Notes: generated by a model from the sequence alone, not told the origin. A DNA stretch of 63,997 bases, filler included, from Sanchytrium tribonematis (GCA_018985235.1; 7 parts of 7 records of this genome joined end to end with filler, not necessarily neighbours in it); one strand, 5' to 3'; numbered from the whole stretch's first letter, positions 21,314-32,428 are shown. Numbers and translations are program-made.

Positions 21314-24300
21314 TTAAGTCCATGCCTGCCAACCATGAAATAATTGACAAAGCAAATCCATATTTCTTGCCTGGTCGATCCACTGCTTTACTTGGTGTTC
21401 TACGGTCAACCCACTCTCCAATTTTCTGCGAACTTGTAAAATGACCCTATCTGCATTTAATGGTGACAATTTGATATCTTGCTCGAAATTTTGCTGCGCC
21501 TGCTTTAATTTTTCTTCGCTAATTGTCCAATTCAAAAGAGGGTCATATTTGAGAATTTCAATACTCGACATGATAAAATTGGCCTTTTTACGAAATGCAG
21601 CGAGACTTTTTTCCATAGCAACAGTGTATGGACCCTGTATTTTGTATATTCCAAATGCATCGACAAATTCTCGCGTTAAGCGGAAGGGAACATATTCCGG
21701 GCAAGGTAGCAATTTTGATTGCTCAAATGCAAATCCAAAATCGATATGACAGATTTCTCCAGTTCGCTCATCGAGCAACAAATTCATTAGATGTCTATCT
21801 CCAATACCCAGAATAGCACCAACAACATTGTTAATAGCCATAGACTTAATGAATAGTATCTTGGCGTCATACCAAGTTTGAGGGTCCTTGTATCTTTCAA
21901 AAAAGAAATGCTTTAATATCGGATCTGTATGCTGTAATATATAAGAAAGCGATCTCAGCCTTTCCTTTGAACCAGAATATTTTTTCATTCTATCTCTACA
22001 TTCAGCTGGAGATAATGAACTAGGACTTGAATATTTAGAAACAGAACTATGATACCAACTTCCCACAGGCACAGTATTCTCCAACCATTCTATGCATCCA
22101 GTATTTTTATTCAAGGGAATAACCATATAAGTCCTTATTTTGACTTGATTTTGCTTCTGCAAAATATGATTTAAATTTTTGAAATTTTCTTGAATTAAAA
22201 CGTCTTGTTTCAAATCATCATTACCCTTTAAAAGCTGCTTGTACGCAATTCCGTTAGAGCAGATCACTCGAACTTGCTTAGGTTGCGATAAACCTGTTTG
22301 AATGTTGCATTGACTATCATACTTGACAATTCTGCTTTCCATATATCTACAATAAGACATGTCTTTAATGTGACGCAATTTCGCACCAACTGGTATTTGA
22401 TTCCCAATAACTCTTTTAGGTTCTAGTAAACACAATTCTACCAGCGAAGAATATAGATTATTGTATTCTTTGAACAATGGTGGATTCTTTTGCTTTATTT
22501 TTGAAGCAGCAACTCTTAATAAATTTAGTCTTTTATCTTCTTTGCAGTGATTAATGCTACTTATAAGATGTAAGATACACTCATGTGGGCATTCCACATT
22601 CATTTTGAAATATATACCAGTCAACAAATCATCATGACCAATTCGACTATTAATTATATGTAAAACAGGAAGCATCTTCTTACTATCCAACGTGGTCAAG
22701 TCAAAAGTCAAATCACTTTGAAAATATTCGTAGTATGAAAACAAGATGTTTAACAATTCAGTGACAAGTTCAGGTGTATCATCAAATTGTATGGCATTGA
22801 TGAAAAGCTGGATAACTCTATTGAGAACCTTTCCCAATTGAAGAGATTGAAATTCTTTGAGATCTAGCTCATACTCCCGAATCAATTGCTTACTATTGAT
22901 CATCTCCAAATTGTTTTTCTTGGCTTTTAATAAATTCATTTGATCTTTTGCACAACTCGTTTCAAATAAATTTTCAAATTCAGAATGAAGAAATTTGGCC
23001 ATTTTAATGGATAGATCTCCATCACACCGAACTTGAGAAAAATAATCACCCATAACGTTTATCTCAATTTCATCGTTTTTGTATCTCTGCATCAAAATTT
23101 CATAGCGATACTTTTGATTGTTGCTTCCATTATACAATTTCAGCAATTGAGAGTTAAATGCGTCATCCTTGCTATTTTCAATTGCCAAAAGTACTATATT
23201 AAAGTTTGAGTCATCAAAACTTTTTTGGACATTAAACCATTGTTGAAAAACTGTGAAAAAAAGGTACACATATTCTTTAGTTTCCTCCAAAGTCCGCAAA
23301 GTAGCAGCATTGCAATCAGGCGTATTCAAATAGCATTTAAAAATAAAAAGTAAAGCATCTATATACTTGGATCGATTATTTCTGAGTGATTCAACAAATT
23401 GCACTGATTTAGAAAATGGGGATTTATGCTTGACTTCCTCACAAATTGATCGATATACTTCATTTTTGATGCCGCTTACCATTTTCAAATTTTCAGAATT
23501 TAGATTTCGAATAAACAAAAATTTTCTTGCCTCATCATGAAATTCAGTCATCTCATCGATTTTGTCCCATTGACTCAATAGGGTTGCCGACTTCCAATAA
23601 ATCTCATCTTTGGTATCAGAAACTGGCTGCAGGTAAAATTGGATTTGACGATAAAAGGGGTGATCATTGATGTAGGAACTAGGAAGATATTCCGCAAATA
23701 TTCCGCATCTGAGAGCGTACAACTGCTTCGCTGGAATATTTTGGCTTATTTTAAGGACTTCATTATTTTCATGATTGTCATAATTGTAAATGTATTCGTG
23801 GTAGAGTTTATAAATTTCAACTAACTGGTCATTGCTTGGCTCTATAATAATATTTCTAAGCTTTTTGTAGATATTTTGCCAGTCTGTCCGTTCTATCAAG
23901 CCTTGCAAGATAGCTGAATTTAATTTTATAAGCTTGAGGGCTGAAAATTTGGTTTGAAGTAAAACCTCAATGGCTAATATAGAGTAAATATTATCGGGAA
24001 GTTCTATGTTTAATAACGAAATTGGATTGATCTTGTTGCCAAGCTTTTGAAATAGTCCATAGTGCTTACAATTATGATTGAATTTAACACAGAAATACTG
24101 CAAAATTTTGAGAGTGTCGCAATTTAAATTGTTTAAAGCATGGCAAATTAAAATTTCATTTTGAGATATAGGATTCAGAAGAAGACAATTCTCACACGGC
24201 TCTTTAATTTCAAGTATAAAATCAACCAAGGATTCCCACTTGGGTCGTGAAAGTAATAGAAGTAAAGTTGACAAATTTTTCTTGATTCGATCTTTATCGG

Positions 24301-26854
24301 GAAAGATCACTTCTTTCATCATCTGCACATATTGAATTACACATTCTATCATGTCATACTCAGTCATTAGTTCCTCGATATGGCAACTTCTTTTTTCTTT
24401 CAGGATAAATGTGGAACAAATTTTTTTGATCTGATCGAAAGTTCTTTCAATAACTTCTATCTCAAAGCACTTTTCATTATTAAAATTGGTATAAAAGGCC
24501 AGCCAAACAATGCAACTTTTTAAAAAATTCAGGTCACACTTGATATCAACCAGGACGTGGTCTCGCACGAATTTTGCGTGCACCTTATCCACAAAAACTT
24601 TTGGTAAAATCTTACAAATAAATCTTGAAATTGCACCTCTCAAGCAATTGTGCTCGATGCAAGTCATATAGTCAGGAATATTATCAAAGTAGTATGGATA
24701 TTCCTGATAAAACTCCTGTAAATTACATTTGAGTAGATCTAAAAGGTACACAACGTCTGTTTGAAGAAGATAGATGTTTGCAACAATCATCTGCTTGACC
24801 GTTGAGAATTCAAAATTCTCTGCAAATTCAGCCAAACAATCTAGTACAATTGGAACACAATCTTCATACTTTAATAAGTCAAGCAGCATATGCAAATTAT
24901 TAGGATCTTTGATTTTCTTTAGCTGAATACAATTAAATCTGACAAGCTCAGAATATAGCTCTCCTTCTATCAAATTATTATTAAAATACAAGTCTCCAAA
25001 TGGAGTTAAAGCAAATTCATTGGCATTCGTAACGCAAATTCTGGTCCTATCTCTTGCTTCAAATGAAAATGACAGGGAAGACAATCTATTTATCTTTATG
25101 GCCCTAATATCTTCTAAATCTGAAATCAAAGGATGAGAAGGATTGTGACTTCCAAGGTACACAAATAGCAACTTTCTACAATATTCTGGTACATGACATA
25201 TGCTATCGACTTTGTTTTCAATTTTCATTAGAAGAAACTCCCTTGAATATTTGGCATCGTACAACAAATCGCTTCCCAAAGCTATACAATAAGACATTTC
25301 ACAAAAATTTGATTTTTGGTTTGCACACCAATATATTAATTCCTCGGAAACTAATTTGGTCAATAAAATAAAAATATAAATAGGCTCATTTAACTTGTGT
25401 CGTTCTATATAATTTATGTAGGACTCTAACGGTAAATCATGCAGCATTAAAAGATTAATATTCGACCCATTAATATCCTTAAAAGCGCTTTGTCGGAACA
25501 GGTAATACATACTATTTGCATCTGGATTATCGAGATTAATGATACTTGTTTCGACTATGCCGTGAATAAGTAAAGAAAATCCAAAGAGATACTTTAATTG
25601 ATCACTACAATACTGTATGATTGAACTAGCAACTTGATGAAGCTTATTTACATATTTGTGTTTTATAAAGATAATACAAATTATTAATATCACATTATGG
25701 TAGTCAGTATGGTCTTCCAAATGTATTTCCAAAATTATAGAAATCCTTGCCTTTTTAATGGACTTGATGTTTTCCATATCCATTGTTCTGACTATAATAT
25801 CAGCAATTGTATTTAGAAACAATAAATAGTCACTCTCTTTTGCACTAGTCATCAACCTCTCAAATATGAAGAAACTCGCTTTAATATCGTTTGCCGTGTA
25901 CAGTACATATGCTAGTTTATCGATCGAAATAATTTCTTTTTCAGAAAATGGATGGAGGCTATTTAAAAATTTAGCTTGAAGATCTTCAATTACATGTGCA
26001 TTATCAGAAATAAAATCGACTTCATCAATTAAACTTGTGCCAAATAAAATGCTAATGGATAGGTTGACTAAAACAACAAGCTGCCTTACTAAATGGAAAT
26101 TCTGCTGGCGGTATAGAGTGGGCAGATGTTTAAAATATGTCAAAATGAAATTCTGAATTTGGTCGACTTGATTCGGAAACGTATGAGCAATAAAAGTATT
26201 AAGAATTTCCAGGCTAATTAAAATGCGATTATAGTCTCTTTCATTTTCCCAAACAAAAACTATAAACTCAAGAAAATAATCAGTGTCCTTTAATAAGTAA
26301 TAATAATACTTTTCCACCAATAAAAGAAACGCTTTTATGACCGCCATTCCATCTATTTTGACCTTGTATTCACCAAGCTTAAAGTTTTCTTTGCTGCTTC
26401 TGTATATTTTAATTAAATTATTCATGTATCTTAAAGCCCATTCTTCTGTAATTTTCTCAGGATTATCCAAAATGTATTCTGCCATTCGGATATATTCAGT
26501 ACATATAAATAAGGCTTCAGGGCTAAACATGACACTTTGCACATGCAAGTAAAATTTGGAAGTCATCCCATTGTTTTCCCACTTGGAAAAAGTTTTTTTC
26601 ACAAGCTTTCTAAGAACTTCCGCAACATGTATAACTTTAATAATCGCATTTTCGTGATCCTTAATTTTATTTAACTTGCACTTAGTATATGTATCATGGA
26701 TATCTGATTCTAAAGTATCAATCAAATTTGCCGCTAAATTCTCACAGTCATATGAATTTAGATCATTGTCCATTAAAATTTCTTCGATATCATCAAGGGC
26801 TTTGGCTCTGTCGGTCTTGCGATTTGATGATAATCGCTGTAAAATAGATCTCAT
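21314..26854 (-). CDS. TEL1: ATM/Tel1 PIKK kinase (1846 aa)
   Basis: N-terminal TAN-like LSS.RKTDR.KAL; KGNDDLKQD, GIGDRH, VPFRLTR; ATM-type FATC end LFHGWQAW. Confidence 0.88.
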   Translation of the reverse strand: MRSILQRLSSNRKTDRAKALDDIEEILMDNDLNSYDCENLAANLIDTLESDIHDTYTKCKLNKIKDHENAIIKVIHVAEVLRKLVKKTFSKWENNGMTSKFYLHVQSVMFSPEALFICTEYIRMAEYILDNPEKITEEWALRYMNNLIKIYRSSKENFKLGEYKVKIDGMAVIKAFLLLVEKYYYYLLKDTDYFLEFIVFVWENERDYNRILISLEILNTFIAHTFPNQVDQIQNFILTYFKHLPTLYRQQNFHLVRQLVVLVNLSISILFGTSLIDEVDFISDNAHVIEDLQAKFLNSLHPFSEKEIISIDKLAYVLYTANDIKASFFIFERLMTSAKESDYLLFLNTIADIIVRTMDMENIKSIKKARISIILEIHLEDHTDYHNVILIICIIFIKHKYVNKLHQVASSIIQYCSDQLKYLFGFSLLIHGIVETSIINLDNPDANSMYYLFRQSAFKDINGSNINLLMLHDLPLESYINYIERHKLNEPIYIFILLTKLVSEELIYWCANQKSNFCEMSYCIALGSDLLYDAKYSREFLLMKIENKVDSICHVPEYCRKLLFVYLGSHNPSHPLISDLEDIRAIKINRLSSLSFSFEARDRTRICVTNANEFALTPFGDLYFNNNLIEGELYSELVRFNCIQLKKIKDPNNLHMLLDLLKYEDCVPIVLDCLAEFAENFEFSTVKQMIVANIYLLQTDVVYLLDLLKCNLQEFYQEYPYYFDNIPDYMTCIEHNCLRGAISRFICKILPKVFVDKVHAKFVRDHVLVDIKCDLNFLKSCIVWLAFYTNFNNEKCFEIEVIERTFDQIKKICSTFILKEKRSCHIEELMTEYDMIECVIQYVQMMKEVIFPDKDRIKKNLSTLLLLLSRPKWESLVDFILEIKEPCENCLLLNPISQNEILICHALNNLNCDTLKILQYFCVKFNHNCKHYGLFQKLGNKINPISLLNIELPDNIYSILAIEVLLQTKFSALKLIKLNSAILQGLIERTDWQNIYKKLRNIIIEPSNDQLVEIYKLYHEYIYNYDNHENNEVLKISQNIPAKQLYALRCGIFAEYLPSSYINDHPFYRQIQFYLQPVSDTKDEIYWKSATLLSQWDKIDEMTEFHDEARKFLFIRNLNSENLKMVSGIKNEVYRSICEEVKHKSPFSKSVQFVESLRNNRSKYIDALLFIFKCYLNTPDCNAATLRTLEETKEYVYLFFTVFQQWFNVQKSFDDSNFNIVLLAIENSKDDAFNSQLLKLYNGSNNQKYRYEILMQRYKNDEIEINVMGDYFSQVRCDGDLSIKMAKFLHSEFENLFETSCAKDQMNLLKAKKNNLEMINSKQLIREYELDLKEFQSLQLGKVLNRVIQLFINAIQFDDTPELVTELLNILFSYYEYFQSDLTFDLTTLDSKKMLPVLHIINSRIGHDDLLTGIYFKMNVECPHECILHLISSINHCKEDKRLNLLRVAASKIKQKNPPLFKEYNNLYSSLVELCLLEPKRVIGNQIPVGAKLRHIKDMSYCRYMESRIVKYDSQCNIQTGLSQPKQVRVICSNGIAYKQLLKGNDDLKQDVLIQENFKNLNHILQKQNQVKIRTYMVIPLNKNTGCIEWLENTVPVGSWYHSSVSKYSSPSSLSPAECRDRMKKYSGSKERLRSLSYILQHTDPILKHFFFERYKDPQTWYDAKILFIKSMAINNVVGAILGIGDRHLMNLLLDERTGEICHIDFGFAFEQSKLLPCPEYVPFRLTREFVDAFGIYKIQGPYTVAMEKSLAAFRKKANFIMSSIEILKYDPLLNWTISEEKLKQAQQNFEQDIKLSPLNADRVILQVRRKLESGLTVEHQVKQWIDQARNMDLLCQLFHGWQAWT

Positions 26855-26892
26855 ATCTAGGGAGACAAAACAATTGTGTCAGAAATTTATTC

Positions 26893-28254
26893 TCAAACTT
26901 TGTCTACTTTCACATCAAATGATTTTTCGTGATTTTTTTGCTTTGAAAACATTGAATCAATATCCTCCAGACTCATCATCATTGTTTCTGGCAAATGGCG
27001 GTAACAAAATACGAAAGCCAAAAGGCAAAACGTTCCGAAAATAATGAATGTGTTTGAACCTAAATTTGCAAATAATGTTGGTGATAGCATTTGTACTATA
27101 AGATTAGAAAACAAGTTGATGGTAACACATAAAGATACTGCTTTGGATCTTATGTTAGATGGGAAAATCTCGCCCACAAGAATCCATGGCAGTGGCCCAA
27201 GAGAAATAGCAAAAAATATGACAAAACTATATATAAACACCACAGCTAGAACTTGATATGAGAATGTTACAGAAATAGATACACCGAAACAGCTCAGGGC
27301 ACATCCTAAAGATCCCGCAACGAGAAGGGGTCTTCTGCCAACTCTGTCCACCAACAATAAAGCAGGTATTGTGGAAACTACCTTCAAGATTGTCTGCGCG
27401 AGCGCTAAAGTATCAGCATATTCTGGGAATATATTGCCATACATTTTTTTGTAATAATACACAAGTGCATTCGCTCCAGACAATTGTTGAAAAATATGAA
27501 GCGAAAGCCCTAACATTAATGGTTTCTGATAATTAAACCAAATAGCTTTTATGCTTTCTCTTTTTGAAGGTAGATTTAAAAGGTCGAAAACAAGAGAGTC
27601 ATAGTCACTCTGACCGAGCTCCAACATCGCTTTCGTTGCGTCGTCATATCTTTCCGTCGATATCAACCACCTCGGGCTGTAAGGAAGAGAAAACATTCCA
27701 GATAGCAGCGTCAAAGCAGGGATTACCTGCATGATGGTAGCAATTTGCCAGTCGTTTAGGATCCAAATAGTTGCTTTTTCCAATTTTATTGCTGCAAAAA
27801 ACGCTGATAAGATTCCAAGCGTAATTGCGAAATGTTGAGTGCCTACAAGCCGCCCTCTAATGTTTTTAGATGCGATCTCAGATAAATATGTAGGCACCAC
27901 ACTGGACAATATTCCTAGGCTTTCCCCAGTAATTAGCCTTCCAAGGAGAAGAACTAAGTACCCATAAATGCCAAAAGTCTGTATTATAACCCCTACACAA
28001 AATAAGATGGATGCCGCCATTATTGTTAACTTTCTACCAATTTTCTCTGACAAAATTGACGAAATTCCACTTCCTAGAATCGATCCAAACAAAAGAGTGG
28101 CTACTAGAATTCCTAGTTGAATATTATCTAATTGAAATTGAGATTGAAATGTTTCAAAAGTCTGAATCTTAGCAAATAATCCTATGTCTAGACCATAAAG
28201 CATTCCACCTAATGCTGCGATTGCAGTGACATGTAATTGCTTTCTCAAATCCAT
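26893..28254 (-). CDS. MFS sugar porter
   Basis: GGMLYGLD, GRK, RGRL, P.SPRWL, QQLSG.N, DRVGRR, EIFP...R, LPET motifs. Confidence 0.92.
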   Translation of the reverse strand: MDLRKQLHVTAIAALGGMLYGLDIGLFAKIQTFETFQSQFQLDNIQLGILVATLLFGSILGSGISSILSEKIGRKLTIMAASILFCVGVIIQTFGIYGYLVLLLGRLITGESLGILSSVVPTYLSEIASKNIRGRLVGTQHFAITLGILSAFFAAIKLEKATIWILNDWQIATIMQVIPALTLLSGMFSLPYSPRWLISTERYDDATKAMLELGQSDYDSLVFDLLNLPSKRESIKAIWFNYQKPLMLGLSLHIFQQLSGANALVYYYKKMYGNIFPEYADTLALAQTILKVVSTIPALLLVDRVGRRPLLVAGSLGCALSCFGVSISVTFSYQVLAVVFIYSFVIFFAISLGPLPWILVGEIFPSNIRSKAVSLCVTINLFSNLIVQMLSPTLFANLGSNTFIIFGTFCLLAFVFCYRHLPETMMMSLEDIDSMFSKQKNHEKSFDVKVDKV

Positions 28255-28535
28255 GGTTGCGAACACTCCTCGATCTGGTTTGTACGCAATGAACGATCTG
28301 ATCGAGAATATAATCTCTCCTCTGCGTAAACTTTGAAACAAGATGTACCCATTGGTGATCTAAAATTTTACGCCAATTTACAGATTAAATTAGTTCATTT
28401 GATGATAATTACTAGCTAGATTAATTTGTACGCAAGAAGCAGGATCAAGTAGTCCACAATTTGAAATTGTTAGGTACGGCAAAGAAAATTTTCAAGTACA
28501 ATTATAATTCTTCAAAACTCCTTGCAACTCTGTTT

Positions 28536-29135
28536 ATGTCTCAGGTTCCTGTTGATTTGCCCGATTCAACTAACTCGAGAAAACTTAAAATAAGCGGATT
28601 GTTTGTTGCTTTGTTTGGCGGAAGTAATTCTCATTCAAAGTTTGATCTAACCTCCGTTGAATTATCTAGATTATTTTACAAAAACAATTACAATATTGTT
28701 TATGGTGGTGGAAAAGTTGGACCAATGGGTACTGGTCCGCTTGAACTCTCCAAATTGGGAGGCCAAACAATTGCTGTCATTCCAAAAGTATGGGAATGTG
28801 AATCCCCTGGGCACACAATATTGGTTGAAACCTTAGCGGAAAGAAAAAAGTTGTTTTTTGAATATGCTTGTGCTTTTGTTGCTATTCCTGGTGGCTTTGG
28901 AACTGTTGACGAAGTTTGCGAGTATATCACTTGGAGGCAAATGGGGCTACACAAGAAACCTATCATACTCTTGAATTGTGATAATTATTTTGACGGATTC
29001 ATAGCGTGGATTGACCATGCACACAATGAAGGTCTTATTCGAGAAACATGCAAAGAGATTATCACTGTTTGCTCTACAGTAGATCAAGTTATTGATGTCT
29101 TGAACAAGTACCAAAACCTGGCTCCGCGATTTTAA
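28536..29135 (+). CDS. LOG-family phosphoribohydrolase
   Basis: VYGGG..G.MG, ERK, PGGFGT.DE, QMGLHKKP. Confidence 0.9.
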   Translation: MSQVPVDLPDSTNSRKLKISGLFVALFGGSNSHSKFDLTSVELSRLFYKNNYNIVYGGGKVGPMGTGPLELSKLGGQTIAVIPKVWECESPGHTILVETLAERKKLFFEYACAFVAIPGGFGTVDEVCEYITWRQMGLHKKPIILLNCDNYFDGFIAWIDHAHNEGLIRETCKEIITVCSTVDQVIDVLNKYQNLAPRF

Positions 29136-29174
29136 AAATTTACTTGGTACAATAAATAGATTTTCTCAAGGGGC

Positions 29175-30167
29175 ATGAATGTTGGATGTTCGTCGATATC
29201 CAGAATGATTCTTGATGACATAGAATTTCCATCACTGAGAAAAGAAAGATTGCTTGGAGGCGGAGGAATTTATGCAATCTTCGGAATGCGAATAGTTACT
29301 AAAAATGTGGGCTATGTTGTAAAATGCGGCCCAGATTTCAATTTGGATATTTTAAGGGATTTGGAAATAACCCTCAAAGAAATAGTCTTGCCCTACGAAA
29401 CCCCAAGAGCCCTCAATACCTACAAAGATAATCACAGGACATTTTCACTTCTCAATTCTAATTACGATAAATTTAGAACCACCTTTTCTGATATTCCATC
29501 AAATTGGAATATCTCACACTTGCATGGTGTTCTTAGCTGGAAGAGGGTTCTCCAAGTTCAGATATATTTTAAGGGTCACATAATTTGGGAACCAAATCCG
29601 GATGATTGGGAATCATTGGAAGATCTGCAAATGAACTGGATCACTTGTATCTCAAAAGTGCTTATTGTTTCTCCAAATCACATAGAAGCTATGCAATTTT
29701 TAGGCTTACAGGAACCTATTTTTGACAGTATTGAGTCGTCGATTAAATTTTATGCCAACATCGCTAAGGTTTTATCTCACGAAAAGACAATTGTGATTCT
29801 TAGATGCTCCTATATGGGTACTATTTTATACAAAAACTGCAACTATGAGTATATTCCCCCTTATTATACTTCCAAATTATTGAAAGGAATTGATGATCCC
29901 GAGATCGTAGATCCAACTGGATGCGGCAATGCCTTTACCGGAGCAGTAACGGCTCACCTCTCTCTTACTGGAAATTCCTTTGAGAATCTTGTGCGCGCTT
30001 GTCATTTAGGAAGCATCGCGAGTGGTTTGACAATAGAGCAATTTGGCCCTCCAAATTATAAAAACGGTCTTTGGAATGAGACAGAAGTGCAACACCGTTA
30101 CAATACATACATCGACAAATGTAAATCTCTGAAAGAATATCATCCTAATCTATTTATTTTGAAATAA
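29175..30167 (+). CDS. PfkB/ribokinase-family protein (Mak32-like)
   Basis: LGGGG.YA..G.R, WEP.P, SPN..E, VDPTGCGNAF, IEQFG.P. Confidence 0.8.
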   Translation: MNVGCSSISRMILDDIEFPSLRKERLLGGGGIYAIFGMRIVTKNVGYVVKCGPDFNLDILRDLEITLKEIVLPYETPRALNTYKDNHRTFSLLNSNYDKFRTTFSDIPSNWNISHLHGVLSWKRVLQVQIYFKGHIIWEPNPDDWESLEDLQMNWITCISKVLIVSPNHIEAMQFLGLQEPIFDSIESSIKFYANIAKVLSHEKTIVILRCSYMGTILYKNCNYEYIPPYYTSKLLKGIDDPEIVDPTGCGNAFTGAVTAHLSLTGNSFENLVRACHLGSIASGLTIEQFGPPNYKNGLWNETEVQHRYNTYIDKCKSLKEYHPNLFILK

Positions 30168-30654
30168 AATAAATATAATCTAATTCAGGGGGTGCGTAGC
30201 CAAATTGAGTTAAGGCTGCAGAAATTTGGCCGCGGTGATGAGTACCATGATTCACAATATGATATAATATCTCACTTTTCTCAGTACTTCTTTCATTCCC
30301 ATTAGTACTACAATAGGTTAATCGCCCCTCGTAGTCTATATTTTCTAATTCCTTAAGCAATTCTAAATAGGCTTGGTGTGTTGCTTCCTTGGAGGGGTAA
30401 ATATCCTCAAATTGAATTTTAAGATCATTTTTATATCCATATTTTTCTGGGTTTTTCCAGTATCTTGTCAATTCAGAGCAATTCTCGTTTTTAATTCTTT
30501 TTATCCACAATTGCTCCGCTACAATTAAATGATTTAATGTTCCATGGATAGATCTGAAGGCTAATTTTGCGCTGGCGTGATAATGTTGTTCAGAAACATT
30601 TTCGAGAAGTTCAAAGAGGCGTGAAGTTGCCCAATTATGATATTTTAATGACAT
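30154..30654 (-). CDS. DinB/YfiT-family putative metalloenzyme
   Basis: Y..WA...L, SIHGTLNHL..AE..W, HIVNHGTHHRGQISAAL, P.LD. Confidence 0.88.
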   Translation of the reverse strand: MSLKYHNWATSRLFELLENVSEQHYHASAKLAFRSIHGTLNHLIVAEQLWIKRIKNENCSELTRYWKNPEKYGYKNDLKIQFEDIYPSKEATHQAYLELLKELENIDYEGRLTYCSTNGNERSTEKSEILYHIVNHGTHHRGQISAALTQFGYAPPELDYIYFISK

Positions 30655-30959
30655 GGGGTATTTATTTTTAGAAACAATCAGTCTATTTTTCTTTGCAGTT
30701 TGCCTGACTAATTGAAATTCCTGTGTCGCATTCAAATGTCAATAGTTTAATTACTTATGCTTAAAAATCAATTATCTACGGCTGTTGTGAAATTTTTAGT
30801 TTTCTGAATTAATTTTTAAGCTGGTCTAGAATTAACAGAATGTGTACCATATGCTTTGTTTGCAATGTTTTAAATTAAATCTCCTATTGCCCATACCTAT
30901 TGCAGATCTATTTCTAGAGCAATTTGGCTGGTACAAAAGGAGCTCCCATCCTACTTACT

Positions 30960-31142
30960 ATGTCGAAGCGAACACTCACTATTGGACTTATCAATGAAAG
31001 TCTTTTCAAGCTTAATAATAAGACAAATCTGAGAGATCATGTTCTGATTATGACAACATTAGACCGTATGGTCAAAGAATCTCCTAGTGAGTATACTGTA
31101 GCTATGAATAAAATGCGAGGGCATTTGAGAATAGGGCAGTGA
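30960..31142 (+). CDS. 60-aa protein with SERTA-like motif
   Basis: SLFKL....NLRDHVLIMTTLDRM resembles SL.KL...LRR.VLI.NTL; CTCCC motif upstream of ATG. Confidence 0.45.
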   Translation: MSKRTLTIGLINESLFKLNNKTNLRDHVLIMTTLDRMVKESPSEYTVAMNKMRGHLRIGQ

Positions 31143-31266
31143 GTCGCCAATATCCGATAATAAATAGAAATTATCTTTTCAATATGAAAGATTTACAAAA
31201 ATATGATTGGCTTATAACACGTGTTTTTTGGAATTATGGTAAAAAAAATTAATAGAAAATTGGTAA

Positions 31267-32297
31267 ATGAGCGAAATTCCATCATATAGAGGTACTCTTG
31301 AAGGTCACGGAAATTGGGTTACAGCATTAGCCACCACTCCACATTATCCAGATATGTTGGTCAGTGCATCCAGAGATAAGACAATTTTAGTCTGGAAATT
31401 AACAAGAGAATCACAATACGGATATGCAAAAACTGCATTACATGGACATAATCACTTTGTCAGTGATATTGCTATAAGTGCTGAAGGATCTTATTGTATT
31501 TCTTCATCTTGGGATAAAACCCTCAGATTGTGGGATTTACAAACTGGTGAGACTCGCAGACGTTTTGTCGGACATGATGCTGATGTGTTGAGTGTTACAT
31601 TTTCACCTTCCAACAAAGTCATTTTGAGTGCTTCAAGAGACAAAACAGTCAAGTTATGGAATACTATTGGAGAATGTAAAGACACAATAAAGGATGCCCA
31701 CAGTGAATGGGTATCAACAGTTAGATGCTCTCCTAATCTTAAAAATGAAGCATTTGTTACAAGTGGATGGGACAAATTATTAAAGGTAAGTTATTTGATA
31801 AGATTATTTGGTGATAGTTGCTACTTCGGAGCTTTACTGCGATGAGATTTAAATATCCCAATGATCGAACAAAACTAACGAAGGTATGGGATATCAATAC
31901 TGGTAAGCTTAAGACCAAACATATGGGTCACACTGGATATGTCAACACTGTCACTATTTCACCTGATGGTTCATTATTTGCTTCTGGTGGTAAAGATGGT
32001 ACCACCATGCTTTGGGATTTGAATGAAGGCAAGCATCTTTATTCTTTGGATGCGCATGATCCAATCAATGCTCTTTGCTTTGCTCCTAATCGCTATTGGC
32101 TTTGCGCAGCTACAGACAAATGTATTATTATTCATGACTTGGAAACTAAGAGAATTGTTGATGAATTGAAACCCGATGTAGCTGAGGGTGAGGCTGTACC
32201 AAGACCAACGTGTTTAACTTGGTCTGCTGATGGTAGAACCTTGTTTGCTGGATACACTGACAACAAAATTAGAGTTTGGGAGATTACTGGCTCATAA
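31267..32297 (+). CDS. ASC1: RACK1/Asc1 WD40 ribosomal scaffold, join(31267-31785,31884-32297), 310 aa
   Basis: [52 protein letters not shown]. Confidence 0.96.
31786..31883 (+). other. 98-nt spliceosomal intron (phase 0)
   Basis: GTAAGT...ACTAACGAAG; restores WDKLLK|VWD. Confidence 0.92.
31793..31870 (+). ncRNA. Candidate intronic box C/D snoRNA, U24/snR24-like (degenerate boxes)
   Basis: RACK1/ASC1 intron is the snR24 host in yeast; contains TTGCTACTT-CGGA (guide + D'-like), GATGAGA (C'-like), TTGATAA (C-like), ATGA (D-like). Comparison to snR24 is from memory. Confidence 0.6.
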
Positions 32298-32428
32298 GGA
32301 AGCAATAAATTCATTTCACTTACCTCGCAATTGATCTGTGCAAGTGATTTCTATTCCTGCGAAAATTTGTTGATTGGTGGGATTGATTAAAAAATGCTGA
32401 TAAAGAAGACAGTTCAATTGAAGGCAAA

